A stretch of 64,000 nt of DNA from Dehalococcoidia bacterium. GTDB lineage: Bacteria > Chloroflexota > Dehalococcoidia > UBA2979. The stretch is from contig CAXXDN010000002.1 in the NCBI GenBank assembly GCA_963667465.2, positions 1,056,001 to 1,120,000 on the forward strand. The letters run 5' to 3'. Positions within the stretch are counted from its first letter, which is position 1. Every line of letters begins with the position of its first letter. Shown in pieces: positions 29,977-42,483 of the stretch. The notes below the pieces were generated by a model. The model saw nothing but the letters and a program-made list of their open reading frames with translations, had not been told where the DNA came from and ran no database searches. The translations under genes and the position numbers were made by a program.

Positions 29977-31128
29977 ATGACAGCAGCCGCGCCGCGCGCC
30001 CTCGAAGGCGTGCGCATCATCGAGATCGCGGCGGGTCTCCCCGTCGCCTACGCGGGCAAACTGCTCGCGCAGGGCGGCGCCGAGGTGATCCGCATCGAGC
30101 CCCCCGAGGGCGACCCAATCCGCCTCGGTGGCCCCTTCCCCGGCGACGAGCCGGACATCGACGGCGGTGGCCGTCACGCCTTCTTCAACGGCGGCAAGCG
30201 CAGCGTCGCGCTCGACGTGAACAGCGAGGGCGGCGCGGCCGTCAGCGCGGACCTGATCGCGAGCGCCGACGTGCTGCTCACCTCCTGGAAGACCCCCGCG
30301 CAGCTCCCGCTCGACGATGTCGACGCGATGCGCGAGCGCTTCCCGGACACGCTCTACGTCTCGATCAGCCCCTTCGGGCGCAGCGGCCCGTACGCCAACT
30401 TCGACGGCGATAGCCACGTCATCGAGGCGCTCGCCGGCTTCTCCTACGTCACCGGCTACCCGGACCGTGAGCCGGTCAGCCTCGGCGTCGACACCGCCGA
30501 GTTCCTCGGCGGACTGTACGGCTGGGTCACGACGCTCACGCTGCTCAACGCCCGGGCTCACGGCGAGCAGCACCACCACGCCGACATCTCGAGCTACGAG
30601 ACCGCCGCCCTCACCGACGACCACAACCTCGCCGTCTACCACGGGATGGGCCTGCTGCGGCGGCGCTTCTACTCGCGCGTGCTCGGCGCCTACCCGTCCG
30701 ACATCATGCGCTGCCGCGATGGCTTCGTTTCGGTCGTCCCGGGAGCGCCGGACTTCGCCACCTCGCTCGGCCTGCTGATCGACCGCCCCGAAATGATCGA
30801 CGACCCGCTGCTGCAACTGCCGAAGGAGCGCGTGGTGCGCTGGCAGGACTTCGACGCGCTGATGGAGCCCTGGCTGATGGAGCACGACGCGGCGGAGATC
30901 GTGCAGAAGGCGCAGGAACTGCGCCTCGCCTTCGCCTTCGTACCCGATGTCGCCGACCTCGCTGCCGACGAGCACCTCGCCGCCCGCGGCTTCTTCGAGG
31001 GCCCCGGCGGCGAGCCGGCCGTCGGCCCGCCCGTCGGGCTCTCCGAGACTCCGTTGCGCCCCGGCGCGCCACCCGCCCTCGGCGAGGCGAACGACGAACT
31101 CGCCGCCTCGAACGGAGGTGCAGCATGA
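29977..31128 (+). CDS. Family III CoA-transferase, probable non-catalytic subunit
   Basis: NGGKRSV, SISPFGRSGPY; Glu at the catalytic Asp position; paralog of 19711-20898. Confidence 0.88.
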   Translation: MTAAAPRALEGVRIIEIAAGLPVAYAGKLLAQGGAEVIRIEPPEGDPIRLGGPFPGDEPDIDGGGRHAFFNGGKRSVALDVNSEGGAAVSADLIASADVLLTSWKTPAQLPLDDVDAMRERFPDTLYVSISPFGRSGPYANFDGDSHVIEALAGFSYVTGYPDREPVSLGVDTAEFLGGLYGWVTTLTLLNARAHGEQHHHADISSYETAALTDDHNLAVYHGMGLLRRRFYSRVLGAYPSDIMRCRDGFVSVVPGAPDFATSLGLLIDRPEMIDDPLLQLPKERVVRWQDFDALMEPWLMEHDAAEIVQKAQELRLAFAFVPDVADLAADEHLAARGFFEGPGGEPAVGPPVGLSETPLRPGAPPALGEANDELAASNGGAA

Positions 31129-32492
31129 AGCCGTTCGAAGGCCTCCGTGTCATCGACCTCTCGCAGGTCTGGGCAGGCCCCGTGGCCGCGCGGGTGCTCG
31201 CCGACCTCGGCGCGGACGTGATCAAGGTCGAGCGCCCGACGGTGCCGGACCGCATCCGCACGGCCTACATCGCGCAGAACGACACGACCGGCAACTACTG
31301 GGAGCGCGCGCCCTACTACACCGTGCGCAACGTCTCCAAACGCGGCCTCGCGCTCGACCTCGGCAGCGACGAGGGCATCGCGATCCTGCACGGGCTGCTG
31401 GAGGATGCGGACGTGCTGATCGAGAGCTACACGCCGCGCGTGCTGGAGAACTTCGGACTCTCCTGGAACGATCTCAAGGACCGCTACCCGCGCCTGATCA
31501 TGATGTCGCTCTGCGGCTACGGGCAGACCGGCCCGCGCCGCAACAGCCCCGCCTTCGGCATGGGCATGGAGCCGGCCTCGGGCATCGCCTCGGTCAGTGG
31601 CTACGAGGGCGAACCGCCGCTCAAGAGCGGCAACACCTGGGTCGACCCGTTCGCGGGCATCCACGGCCTCGGCGGCCTGCTGACCGCGCTCTACCACCGC
31701 GAGCGCAGCGGACGCGGCCAGCAGATCGACGTCTCGATGCAGGAGGGGCTGCTGCAGCTGCTGGGCCCGCACTTCCACGACTACTGGATGAACGACCGCC
31801 TGCACCCCGGCAGCGGCAACCGCCGCGAAGGCCTCGTGCGCGGCATCTACCCAACCGCCGGCGAGGACGCCTGGATCGCGATCAGCGTCCGCGACGACGA
31901 CGAGTGGGCCGCCCTCGCACGCACCACGGGCAACGAGGCCTGGCTGGACGACGCCCGCCTCGCAACGATGGCCGGGCGCCACGAGCACCACGACGAGATC
32001 GACGCCGCGATCAGCGAGTGGACCGCCACGCGCGACAAGTTCGCGGCGATGGAGGAGCTGCAGGCGGCGGGTGCGCCCGCGGGCGCGGTCCTCAACGCGC
32101 GCGAACTGATGCAGAACGAGCATCTGCTCACCCGCGGCCTCTGGGACGCGCAGCCCGTGCGCGGCTTCGCCACCGTGCCGGTGCAGCGCTACTTCCCGGC
32201 CCACGTCGACGGCGAGGGCTACGGCGCACGCGGCCCGGCCCCGCACATCGGCGAGCACACCGACGAGGTGCTGCGCGAGCTGCTCGGCTACGACGACGCG
32301 AAGATCGCGGAGTTGCGCGACGCCGGCGTGATCGACGGCGAACCGGAGATGCTCACCCCACCCGAGGCGCGCGCCGCCCTGATCCAGCCGATCGACGTCT
32401 TCCTCGCAAGCGGCTCCATCCTCGAGGTGGACGAGCAGCACCTGGAACGCATGGCGGCGGTCGTCGCACGGATCGAGGCAGACGCGGGGTAG
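31125..32492 (+). CDS. Family III CoA-transferase, catalytic subunit
   Basis: DLSQVWAGP, PLKSGNTWVD; paralog of 18359-19708; ATGA overlap. Confidence 0.9.
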   Translation: MKPFEGLRVIDLSQVWAGPVAARVLADLGADVIKVERPTVPDRIRTAYIAQNDTTGNYWERAPYYTVRNVSKRGLALDLGSDEGIAILHGLLEDADVLIESYTPRVLENFGLSWNDLKDRYPRLIMMSLCGYGQTGPRRNSPAFGMGMEPASGIASVSGYEGEPPLKSGNTWVDPFAGIHGLGGLLTALYHRERSGRGQQIDVSMQEGLLQLLGPHFHDYWMNDRLHPGSGNRREGLVRGIYPTAGEDAWIAISVRDDDEWAALARTTGNEAWLDDARLATMAGRHEHHDEIDAAISEWTATRDKFAAMEELQAAGAPAGAVLNARELMQNEHLLTRGLWDAQPVRGFATVPVQRYFPAHVDGEGYGARGPAPHIGEHTDEVLRELLGYDDAKIAELRDAGVIDGEPEMLTPPEARAALIQPIDVFLASGSILEVDEQHLERMAAVVARIEADAG

Positions 32493-32501
32493 GGGTTGGC
32501 T

Positions 32502-32585
32502 ATGACCCTGCTCAGATCGTCCTCAGCGGCACCGTTGGTCGTCATCGACTGCGAGACCACCGGGCTCGGCAAGCAGCCTGAGCGA
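32502..32585 (+). pseudogene. N-terminal remnant of a DEDDh 3'-5' exonuclease
   Basis: LVVIDCETTGLG matches the ExoI motif; the frame then runs antisense into the next gene with no further motifs. Confidence 0.5.
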
Positions 32586-32624
32586 TCCGCGAGCCCTGTC
32601 CGGGTTGGCCCTTGCTTGCCTCCA

Positions 32625-33035
32625 CTACCTGTTCAGGTCCTCGAGCAGCTCGACCCAGTTACCATCCGGATCCTCGATCATCGCGATCCGGACGCCCGGG
32701 CGGATCTCTCGCGGCGTGGTCGGAACGGCGTAGCCTCGATCCGCCGCCGCGGCCACCAGCTCGTCGAGGTTCGAGACGGTCATCGTCCAGTAGCGGTACC
32801 CGGAGCCACCGCTCAGGCCGCCGGGCGCGGGCCGCGGCTCCGGTGTCTCCTCGAACTCGATCACCTTGATCAGGCTGGTGCCCGCCATCAAGCGGTGCAT
32901 CGTCCCGCCGTCGCCGACCGGCGTGTCGGCGATGTGCTCAAGCCCGAGGAAGTCGCGATAGAACGCGAGCGCGGCCGGACCGTCGCGCACGATGATGCCG
33001 AGGTCTATCGAGTCCTTGTTAAGAGCAACACCCAT
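32625..33035 (-). CDS. VOC/glyoxalase family protein
   Basis: GIIVRD...ALAFYRDFLG and EDPDGNWVEL. Confidence 0.9.
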   Translation of the reverse strand: MGVALNKDSIDLGIIVRDGPAALAFYRDFLGLEHIADTPVGDGGTMHRLMAGTSLIKVIEFEETPEPRPAPGGLSGGSGYRYWTMTVSNLDELVAAAADRGYAVPTTPREIRPGVRIAMIEDPDGNWVELLEDLNR

Positions 33036-33067
33036 CTCGAACCCCCTTCTTCTTGAACGCCTGAAGC

Positions 33068-33616
33068 CTACGGCAACGGTTCCGCGCCCGGCGGCGGCGG
33101 GACCTCGAAGGCGTTCAAGGTGAAACCGACGAAGGCGTAGTAACCGACGAGGCCGGTGAGGTCGACGATGCCCTGGTCGCCGAGGAGCGCGCGCAGCGCC
33201 TCGAACGACTCGTCGCTCACGCGATTGTCGGCGAAGAGCTCGCGCACGTAGCGCACGATCGCCGCCTCGCCGGGTTCGATCGCGTCGAGGGCGGCACGAT
33301 GGCCGATCGCGTGGATGGCTGACTCGCTGACGCCGCCCTCGCGGGCGAGCTTGACGTGGGCGTTCCACATCAGTCCGGCGTCGAGCTCGCGGGCCGCAGT
33401 GATGATCGCGGTCTCGCGCTGGCCCGGCGTGAGATCGGACTCCCAGCGGACGTAGCGGCTGACCTGCGCCGCCCGCAGGGCCAGCTCCGGCGAGTGGAGC
33501 AGGATGCCGAAGGGGCCCGAGACCTGGCCGCCGCGAAGCTCCGCGATCTGGTCGTAGGTCTCCGCCAGCTCGGCCGGCACGTCATCGCGCGAGGTCAGGT
33601 TCGGTAGTCGGGGCAT
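33068..33616 (-). CDS. Carboxymuconolactone decarboxylase/AhpD-like protein
   Basis: GPFGILLHSP, RETAIITAAR, W..H...A...G, GYY; GAGGGAG RBS. Confidence 0.85.
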   Translation of the reverse strand: MPRLPNLTSRDDVPAELAETYDQIAELRGGQVSGPFGILLHSPELALRAAQVSRYVRWESDLTPGQRETAIITAARELDAGLMWNAHVKLAREGGVSESAIHAIGHRAALDAIEPGEAAIVRYVRELFADNRVSDESFEALRALLGDQGIVDLTGLVGYYAFVGFTLNAFEVPPPPGAEPLP

Positions 33617-33715
33617 CGGGACTCCCTCGGGTACGGCGGCGGGGCTCCGAGGATACAGAATGCAGCGCCCGGCAGGCGGCGGGCTGGTGACGGCGGCTCG
33701 CGGTACAGTCGATCC

Positions 33716-34468
33716 ATGCGCCGCCTGCAGACCCCCGCCCTGCTCGTGATCATCGTCGCCGCGCTCGTTGTGCTCGTGGGGCTCGGCACCTGGCAGCTCG
33801 CGCGCAACGAGTGGAAGCAGGGGCTCGTCAAGGACCGTGACGCGGCGATCGCCGCGCCCCCGCTCGCTGCTGCCGAGGCGGCCGCCCTCGACAGCCAGGC
33901 GGTCGAGTACCGGCGCGTCGCCCTCGAGGGTGAGTGGGACTACGGGCGCGCGCAGATCGTCGCCAATCGCACGCGCTTCGGCCTGCGCGGCGAGGACGTC
34001 TACGTGCCGCTGCTCACCGGCGAGGGCGCGCCCGCGCTGCTCGTGCTGCGCGGCTGGTACCCCGCCGCGGAGCGCGATCGCGTGCTCGCGGGCCTCGAGG
34101 CGAACGCGCCGCCGGAGGGCCTCGCGCTGCGCGCGAGCAGCACCGACTCGCGACGCAACGCGGACGGCGAGTGGACACGCTTCGGCCTCGACTCGATCGC
34201 CGGGGCGCTGCCCTACCCCGTCGCACGGCTGTACGTGCTCGCCGGAGAGCGGGTCGAGCGGCAGCCGCGGCTGGTGCCGGAGGAGCTGCCGGTGACGGGC
34301 TACGAGGGCTACCGCAACACCACGCCGCACATCGAGTACGCTCTCACCTGGTACGGCCTCGCGGTCGTGCTTGCCGTGACCGTGGCGGTCCGGATCCGCC
34401 AGCAACACCGCAGCCGTGAGGCCGAACCACCCGAGGAAGGGAACGCCAGCGATGCCCCGCCTGCTTGA
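33716..34468 (+). CDS. SURF1 family protein
   Basis: LGTWQLARNEWK, LVLRGW, HIEYALTWYGLA. Confidence 0.9.
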   Translation: MRRLQTPALLVIIVAALVVLVGLGTWQLARNEWKQGLVKDRDAAIAAPPLAAAEAAALDSQAVEYRRVALEGEWDYGRAQIVANRTRFGLRGEDVYVPLLTGEGAPALLVLRGWYPAAERDRVLAGLEANAPPEGLALRASSTDSRRNADGEWTRFGLDSIAGALPYPVARLYVLAGERVERQPRLVPEELPVTGYEGYRNTTPHIEYALTWYGLAVVLAVTVAVRIRQQHRSREAEPPEEGNASDAPPA

Positions 34469-34655
34469 CCTCTTGCGCCGCCGCGGCCCCGCTATCGATC
34501 CGGCCTGCGGCATGGAGGTGGACCGCGGCGACCCGCCCGGCGGCAGCACCATCCACGACGGCGAGACCTACTACTTCTGCGCCAGCGGCTGCCGCCTCTC
34601 CTTCGAGGAAGACCCCGCCGCCTACCTCTCCGGCGACAAGCGCGAGGAGATGTAG
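34452..34655 (+). CDS. YHS/TRASH metal-binding domain protein
   Basis: DPACGMEV...YYFCASGC...F..DP..Y. Confidence 0.85.
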   Translation: MPRLLDLLRRRGPAIDPACGMEVDRGDPPGGSTIHDGETYYFCASGCRLSFEEDPAAYLSGDKREEM

Positions 34656-34664
34656 CCGCCTTCG

Positions 34665-34684
34665 CCCGGCCCGCGCGGGCCGGG
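34665..34684. other. Perfect 20-bp palindrome between the YHS gene and pepN
   Basis: CCCGGCCCGCGCGGGCCGGG, followed by TATACT at 34688-93; possible terminator or operator. Confidence 0.45.
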
Positions 34685-34766
34685 TCGTATACTTGGACCT
34701 ACGCACCCTCGACGCCCCGGCACGGCGACGCCGCACCGCCGGGGCGCACCCGGTTGAAAGGCGGAG

Positions 34767-37343
34767 ATGAACCCCGACGACTCCCCGATCGCGCGCGACG
34801 TCCTCAGCCAGGACGAGGCCATCGCCCGCGCGCAACTCGTCTCCGACATCAGCTACGAGATCCAGCTCGATCTCACGGCGGGCACATCCGCATACCGAGG
34901 CGACGTGACGGTTCGTTTCGATTATGTCGCGTCCGATGGCGATAGCGGCACCTTCCTCGACCACCGCGGCGGCGGCATCGAGCGCATCGAGGTCAACGGC
35001 GAGGAGATCGAGCGCCCTGCGGGCGAGTACCGCATCCCTCTGCCCGCCTCGGCGCTGCGGGCGCGCAACGTCGTGCGCGTCACGTACGAGCACGAGTACG
35101 ACCACACCGGCGACGGGTTCCACCAGTTCGTCGACCCCGAGGACGGCAGCGAGTACCTCTACAGCAATTTCGAGCCTTACAACGCGCACCGGCTCTTCCC
35201 CTGCTTCGACCAGCCGGACCTCAAGGCGAGCTACGAGCTGACGGTCGACGCGCCCTCGGAGTGGGAGCTGATCGCGAACGGGCCGGAGCTCGGGCGCGAG
35301 GAGCTCGAGGGCGGGCGGCTGCGGCGGCGCTACGCGCCCGCGGAACGCTTCAGCAGCTACCTCTTCGCGCTGATCGCCGGCCCCTACCACGTCGTCCGGG
35401 ATGAGCATCGAGGCGTCCCGCTCGGCTTCTACTGCCGCCGCTCGCTGGTCCGCCACCTCGACGAGGACGAGCTGTTCGAAGTCACGAAGCAGGGCCTCGA
35501 CTTCTTCGGCGAGTTCTTCGACTACGCCTACCCGTTCGGCAAGTACGACCAGATCTTCGTGCCGGAATTCAACTTCGGGGCGATGGAGAACATCGGCGCG
35601 GTCACCCACTCGGAGCGGATGGTCTTCCGCGACCCGCCGACCGATAACCAGCGGCTCGGACGCGCTGAGGTGCTGCTGCACGAGATGGCGCACATGTGGT
35701 TCGGCAACCTCGTGACCATGCGCTGGTGGAACGACCTCTGGCTCAACGAGAGCTTCGCGACCTACATGGCCTACCTCGCGCTGGTCGAGGCGACGCGCTT
35801 CGGCACGGCCTGGCAGGCGTTCAACTCCGGGATGAAGGCCTGGGCCTACCGCCAGGACCAGCTCGTTACCACCCACCCGATCGCCGGGCAGGTGCGCGAC
35901 ACCGACGAAACCTTCCTCAACTTCGACGGCATCACCTACGGCAAGGGCGCCGCGGTCCTCAAGCAGCTCGTCGCCGCCGTCGGCATGGACAGCTTCCGCG
36001 AGGGCATGCGCAGCTACTTCCGCCGCCACGCCTTTGGCAACACCACGCTCGCCGAGTTCCTCGACGCGATCGGCGAGGGCGCCGGGCGCGACCTGCACGG
36101 CTGGGCGGCGCTCTGGCTGGAGACCGCCTCGCTCAACACCCTCGCCGCCACCTGGGAAGTCGAGGATGGCGCCCTCGCAAGCCTCTCGATCGCCCAGACC
36201 GCGCCCGAGGACTACCCGACCCTGCGTCCGCACCAGCTCGATCTCGCCCTCGTGGGCGCCGGCGACAACGGAGCCGGCGAACCGGCGATCGAGGCCCTCG
36301 CGGTCTCCGTCGAGGGCGTCTCGACGGTCATCGAGGAGGCCGCCGGACGCGCCGCTCCGCGACTCGTGATGCCGAATCACAACGACCACGCCTTCGTGAA
36401 GGTCGCGCTCGATGACCGCTCGCTCGACTACGTGAGCGAGCACCTCGAGCGGATCGGCGACCCGCTGCTGAGGCAACTGATCGGGCAGGCGCTGTGGAAC
36501 ATGGTGCGTGACCAGCAGCTGCGCTCGACCGACTACCTGCCGCTCGTCGCCTCGAAGCTGACGAACGAGGCCGACACCGAGCTGATCGAGAGCGCCCTGC
36601 AGACGGCGGTTGCGGCGATCGCGCGCTACGTGCCGGCGGATCAGCGGGATGAGCAGGCGCAGCGCTTCGCCGAGGTCTGCTGGGAGGCGTTGCAGGCCCT
36701 CCCCGCGGACGCGGCGCGCAACGACCTGCGAATCATCTGGGCGCGCACCTTGATCGGCGTCTCGATCACGCAGAAGGACATCGAGCGGGTGATCCGCCTC
36801 GCCGACGGAGAGCTGTCCGCGCCGGGCCTGACGATCGACCAGGAGATGCGCTGGGACATCGCCGCCCGCGCCGTCGCGCACGACATCGCGGGCGCTGCGG
36901 CGCGCGTCGAGGCGGAGCGCGTGCGCGACCCCTCGGACCGCGGCGAGCGTGCCGCGATCCGCGCGGCCGTGGCGACGCCCACGGCGGAGGCGAAGGCGGA
37001 GGCCTGGGAGCGCATCCACGGCGAGGGCTACGGCTCGCTGCACCTCACCGCCGCGGCGATGAGCGGCTTCCACTGGAACGTGCAGCGCGAGCTGCTGGAC
37101 CCGTGGGCCTGGGAGTTCTTCGAGCGAGCGCCCGCGGTCTTCGCCGAGCGCCAGAACGAGTTCACACGCGCCTGGTTCGCGAACCTCTTCCCCCACTTCC
37201 GCATCGAGCAGGCCGTGCTCGACCGCTCGCGCACGCTGATCGAGGAGATCGGGGACGGACTTCCGCTGCTCGCCCGCTCGCTGCGCGAGGCCAACGACGA
37301 CCTCGAGCGCGCGATCCGCTGCAGGGAGTTCGCTGCGTCGTGA
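34767..37343 (+). CDS. pepN: Aminopeptidase N (M1 family, actinobacterial type)
   Basis: GAMEN, HEMAH-x18-E (NESFA), FDGITYGKG. Confidence 0.95.
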   Translation: MNPDDSPIARDVLSQDEAIARAQLVSDISYEIQLDLTAGTSAYRGDVTVRFDYVASDGDSGTFLDHRGGGIERIEVNGEEIERPAGEYRIPLPASALRARNVVRVTYEHEYDHTGDGFHQFVDPEDGSEYLYSNFEPYNAHRLFPCFDQPDLKASYELTVDAPSEWELIANGPELGREELEGGRLRRRYAPAERFSSYLFALIAGPYHVVRDEHRGVPLGFYCRRSLVRHLDEDELFEVTKQGLDFFGEFFDYAYPFGKYDQIFVPEFNFGAMENIGAVTHSERMVFRDPPTDNQRLGRAEVLLHEMAHMWFGNLVTMRWWNDLWLNESFATYMAYLALVEATRFGTAWQAFNSGMKAWAYRQDQLVTTHPIAGQVRDTDETFLNFDGITYGKGAAVLKQLVAAVGMDSFREGMRSYFRRHAFGNTTLAEFLDAIGEGAGRDLHGWAALWLETASLNTLAATWEVEDGALASLSIAQTAPEDYPTLRPHQLDLALVGAGDNGAGEPAIEALAVSVEGVSTVIEEAAGRAAPRLVMPNHNDHAFVKVALDDRSLDYVSEHLERIGDPLLRQLIGQALWNMVRDQQLRSTDYLPLVASKLTNEADTELIESALQTAVAAIARYVPADQRDEQAQRFAEVCWEALQALPADAARNDLRIIWARTLIGVSITQKDIERVIRLADGELSAPGLTIDQEMRWDIAARAVAHDIAGAAARVEAERVRDPSDRGERAAIRAAVATPTAEAKAEAWERIHGEGYGSLHLTAAAMSGFHWNVQRELLDPWAWEFFERAPAVFAERQNEFTRAWFANLFPHFRIEQAVLDRSRTLIEEIGDGLPLLARSLREANDDLERAIRCREFAAS

Positions 37344-37353
37344 GGGGCGCAGC

Positions 37354-38646
37354 GTGACGGCCTGGAGCGCCCGTCGGCCGAAGATCTTCTACGGCTGGTA
37401 CATCGCCGCGGCCGGCTTCATGTCGCAGTTGATGTTCGGCGTGCTGATGTTTCACTCGTTCGGCACGTACGTGGCGCTGATGCAGGCCGACTTCGGCTGG
37501 AGCCGCACGACCTTCTCCTTCGCCTTCGCGGCGCAGCGCATCGAGAGCGGGGTGCTCGGTCCGATCCAGGGCTGGGTGATCGACACGTACGGGCCGCGCA
37601 AGGTGATGATCATCGGCCTGGTGATCTTCGCGGCCGGGTTCATGCTGCTCAGCCGGGTCGAGTCGCTGCCGCTCTTCTACATCTCCTTCACGCTGATCGC
37701 GATCGGCTCCTCGCTCGGGAGCTTCCTCTCGGTACTGGTCGCGATCGTCAACTGGTTCCGCAAGCGCCGGGTGCTGGCCACCGGCGTGCTGACGATGGGC
37801 TTCGCGGTCGGCGGCCTCACGGCGACGCCGATGGCGCTACTGATCGAGGGCATTGGCTGGCGTGACGCCGCCTTCGGCTCGGGCATCGTCGCACTCGTCG
37901 TCGGTCTCCCGATCGCGGCCGTCGTGCGGCACCGCCCGGAGCCCTACGGCTGGCTCCCCGACGGCGTCAAATCGAGCTCGACCGTGGCGGGCGAGCCGGA
38001 ACAGCAGATCGAGTGGTCGATGACAGCGCGCGAGGCGCTCACCACCTCCGCGTTCTGGTTCCTCGCGCTTGGCCAGGCCTCGGCGCTGCTCGTGATCGGG
38101 TCGCTGATGGTGCATCTCGTGATCTACATCCACGAGGATCTCGGCTTCGCCCTCGGATTCGCGGCGCTGGCGATCACGATCCAGACGCTGGGCCAGATCG
38201 CCGGCCAGCTCCTCGCAACGCTGTTTGGCGATCGCGTGCCGAAGCGCCCGTTCGTGATCCTCGCCCTGCTCGGCCACGCCACGGCGATGCTGCTGCTCGC
38301 GCTCGCCGAAGGGCTACCGCTGATCTACGTCGCGGTGGTGATCAACGGCGTCGCCTGGGGCTCGCGCGGGCCGCTGATGATGGGACTCCGCGCCGACTAC
38401 TTCGGGCCGAGGCGCTTCGGCACGATCATGGGCTTCTCATCGCTGGTGATTATGCTCGGGATGATCATCGGGCCGATCTTCGCCGGCGTGATGTACGACC
38501 AGACCGGCAGCTACCGCGTCGGGTTCATCGTGCTCGCGATCCTCGCTGCACTCGGCTCGGTGATGTTCCTGATGGTCCGCCCGCCGCCGGAGCGCGAGCG
38601 CTGGCTGGCCGAGGCGGACCGGATAGCTGCCAGCCGCTCCTCCTGA
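37354..38646 (+). CDS. MFS transporter
   Basis: FYGW N-terminus, GWVIDTYGPRK motif A, about 12 TM segments. Confidence 0.9.
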   Translation: MTAWSARRPKIFYGWYIAAAGFMSQLMFGVLMFHSFGTYVALMQADFGWSRTTFSFAFAAQRIESGVLGPIQGWVIDTYGPRKVMIIGLVIFAAGFMLLSRVESLPLFYISFTLIAIGSSLGSFLSVLVAIVNWFRKRRVLATGVLTMGFAVGGLTATPMALLIEGIGWRDAAFGSGIVALVVGLPIAAVVRHRPEPYGWLPDGVKSSSTVAGEPEQQIEWSMTAREALTTSAFWFLALGQASALLVIGSLMVHLVIYIHEDLGFALGFAALAITIQTLGQIAGQLLATLFGDRVPKRPFVILALLGHATAMLLLALAEGLPLIYVAVVINGVAWGSRGPLMMGLRADYFGPRRFGTIMGFSSLVIMLGMIIGPIFAGVMYDQTGSYRVGFIVLAILAALGSVMFLMVRPPPERERWLAEADRIAASRSS

Positions 38647-38782
38647 GGGCACTGGACCGGGCGACGCGCGTCGCCGGCGCGACATCGCTGCGAGCGGGAA
38701 CCGTCCCGTCCCCGCGTACGTCCTGCATCCACTGGACCGTATGGTCGCGGAGCTGGGCGTGGACGATGAGGGCGAGTAGGTC

Positions 38783-41467
<2,685 letters not shown>

Positions 41468-41624
41468 CAGCCACACCCTTCCCTCACTGCCCTGCTCCTG
41501 GGCGGCCGCTGCGCAGCGGACCGTCGGCTATCGTAACGACTGCGCCCGTCAGACGCCCGCCTGCTCGCGCGACGGCTGCGGCGCGGCGGTTGCCTCGGCC
41601 TGGCGTCGCCTTCCGGACACAACG

Positions 41625-41647
41625 AGGCCCGGGCGCTGCCCGGGCCT
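41625..41647 (-). terminator. Putative terminator hairpin downstream of the OB-fold gene
   Basis: AGGCCCGGGC-GCT-GCCCGGGCCT, 10-bp stem with a weak T tract on the minus strand. Confidence 0.45.
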
Positions 41648-41686
41648 GGTCGTCAGTGGACCGGAGTCCCGTACGTCCTCGAGGGG

Positions 41687-42190
41687 CTAGGCGTCCTCGG
41701 GGAACTGCCAGGTCTCGTGCTCCGGGTCCTCGTCGGACAGACGGAACTGGGGCAGGGCCATGCCGTCGCCCATGTCGATCATCGTTACCTCGACGCGCTT
41801 GCCGATGGCGACGTTGGCCTCCAGCTCGGGGCCATCGTCCGCGTCGATGCAGTTGCTGATGATGCGGACGGAGCGATCGGCCGTCGGCTGCCCGCGCTGC
41901 TCGTCGATCTCGACGAGGACGACGGGGTACGGGGTCCAGTCACGGAAAGCCGGGTTCACGGCGTGCGGAACGAAGTAGTAGGAGTGGATGGTGCCCTTGC
42001 CGGAAACCGGCATCCAGTCGTAGTCCGTACCGCCGCACTCCGAGCACATCGGGCTGGGCGGGTAGCGCATCAGGTCGCACTCAGCGCAGTGCTGCAGGTG
42101 CAGGGAGCCGGACGCCGCCTGCTCGAAGTATTCGATGTGGGGTCGGTCGTTCTCGGGAATGAAGACCTCGAGCCCGTGGTACTGCGGCAT
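41687..42190 (-). CDS. Zn-ribbon/OB-fold protein (DUF35/ChsH2-like)
   Basis: LQHCAEC...YPP..MC..C, SGKGTIHSY, PYPVVLVE; GGAGGGG RBS. Confidence 0.88.
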   Translation of the reverse strand: MPQYHGLEVFIPENDRPHIEYFEQAASGSLHLQHCAECDLMRYPPSPMCSECGGTDYDWMPVSGKGTIHSYYFVPHAVNPAFRDWTPYPVVLVEIDEQRGQPTADRSVRIISNCIDADDGPELEANVAIGKRVEVTMIDMGDGMALPQFRLSDEDPEHETWQFPEDA

Positions 42191-42353
42191 GTACGCCCCC
42201 TCCGGCATCCGTCGGCAAGACTCCCGCGACTCTGTCGCGAGCCTCGCGGTTTGTAGCACGGCTGCGCGTCGCCGGGCAACCGCGAGGGCGTCCCTGCGGC
42301 CTCGCGCGGCGGTTGCTGCGCGCCAACGGCGTGGGTAGGCTGATCGACACGCC

Positions 42354-42430
42354 GGGCGGTTAGCTCAGTTGGTACGAGCGCTCGCTTCACACGCGAGAGG
42401 TCACTGGTTCAAGTCCAGTACCGCCCACCA
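42354..42430 (+). tRNA. tRNA-Val(CAC)
   Basis: Acceptor GGGCGGT/ACCGCCC, anticodon arm CTCGC-TTCACAC-GCGAG, T loop GGTTCAAGTCC, encoded CCA. Confidence 0.97.
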
Positions 42431-42483
42431 CTCCGACAGGCTGACGGCAGGCGCAACGACCGTAGGCCTTGTCGGGCGTCACG

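Noticed and set aside
38647-38782. Coding-like peptide VPAYVLHPLDRMVAELGVDDEGE* and a CACTGGACCG repeat between the MFS gene and acnA
   Set aside because: No start, RBS or recognisable family; too weak to call.
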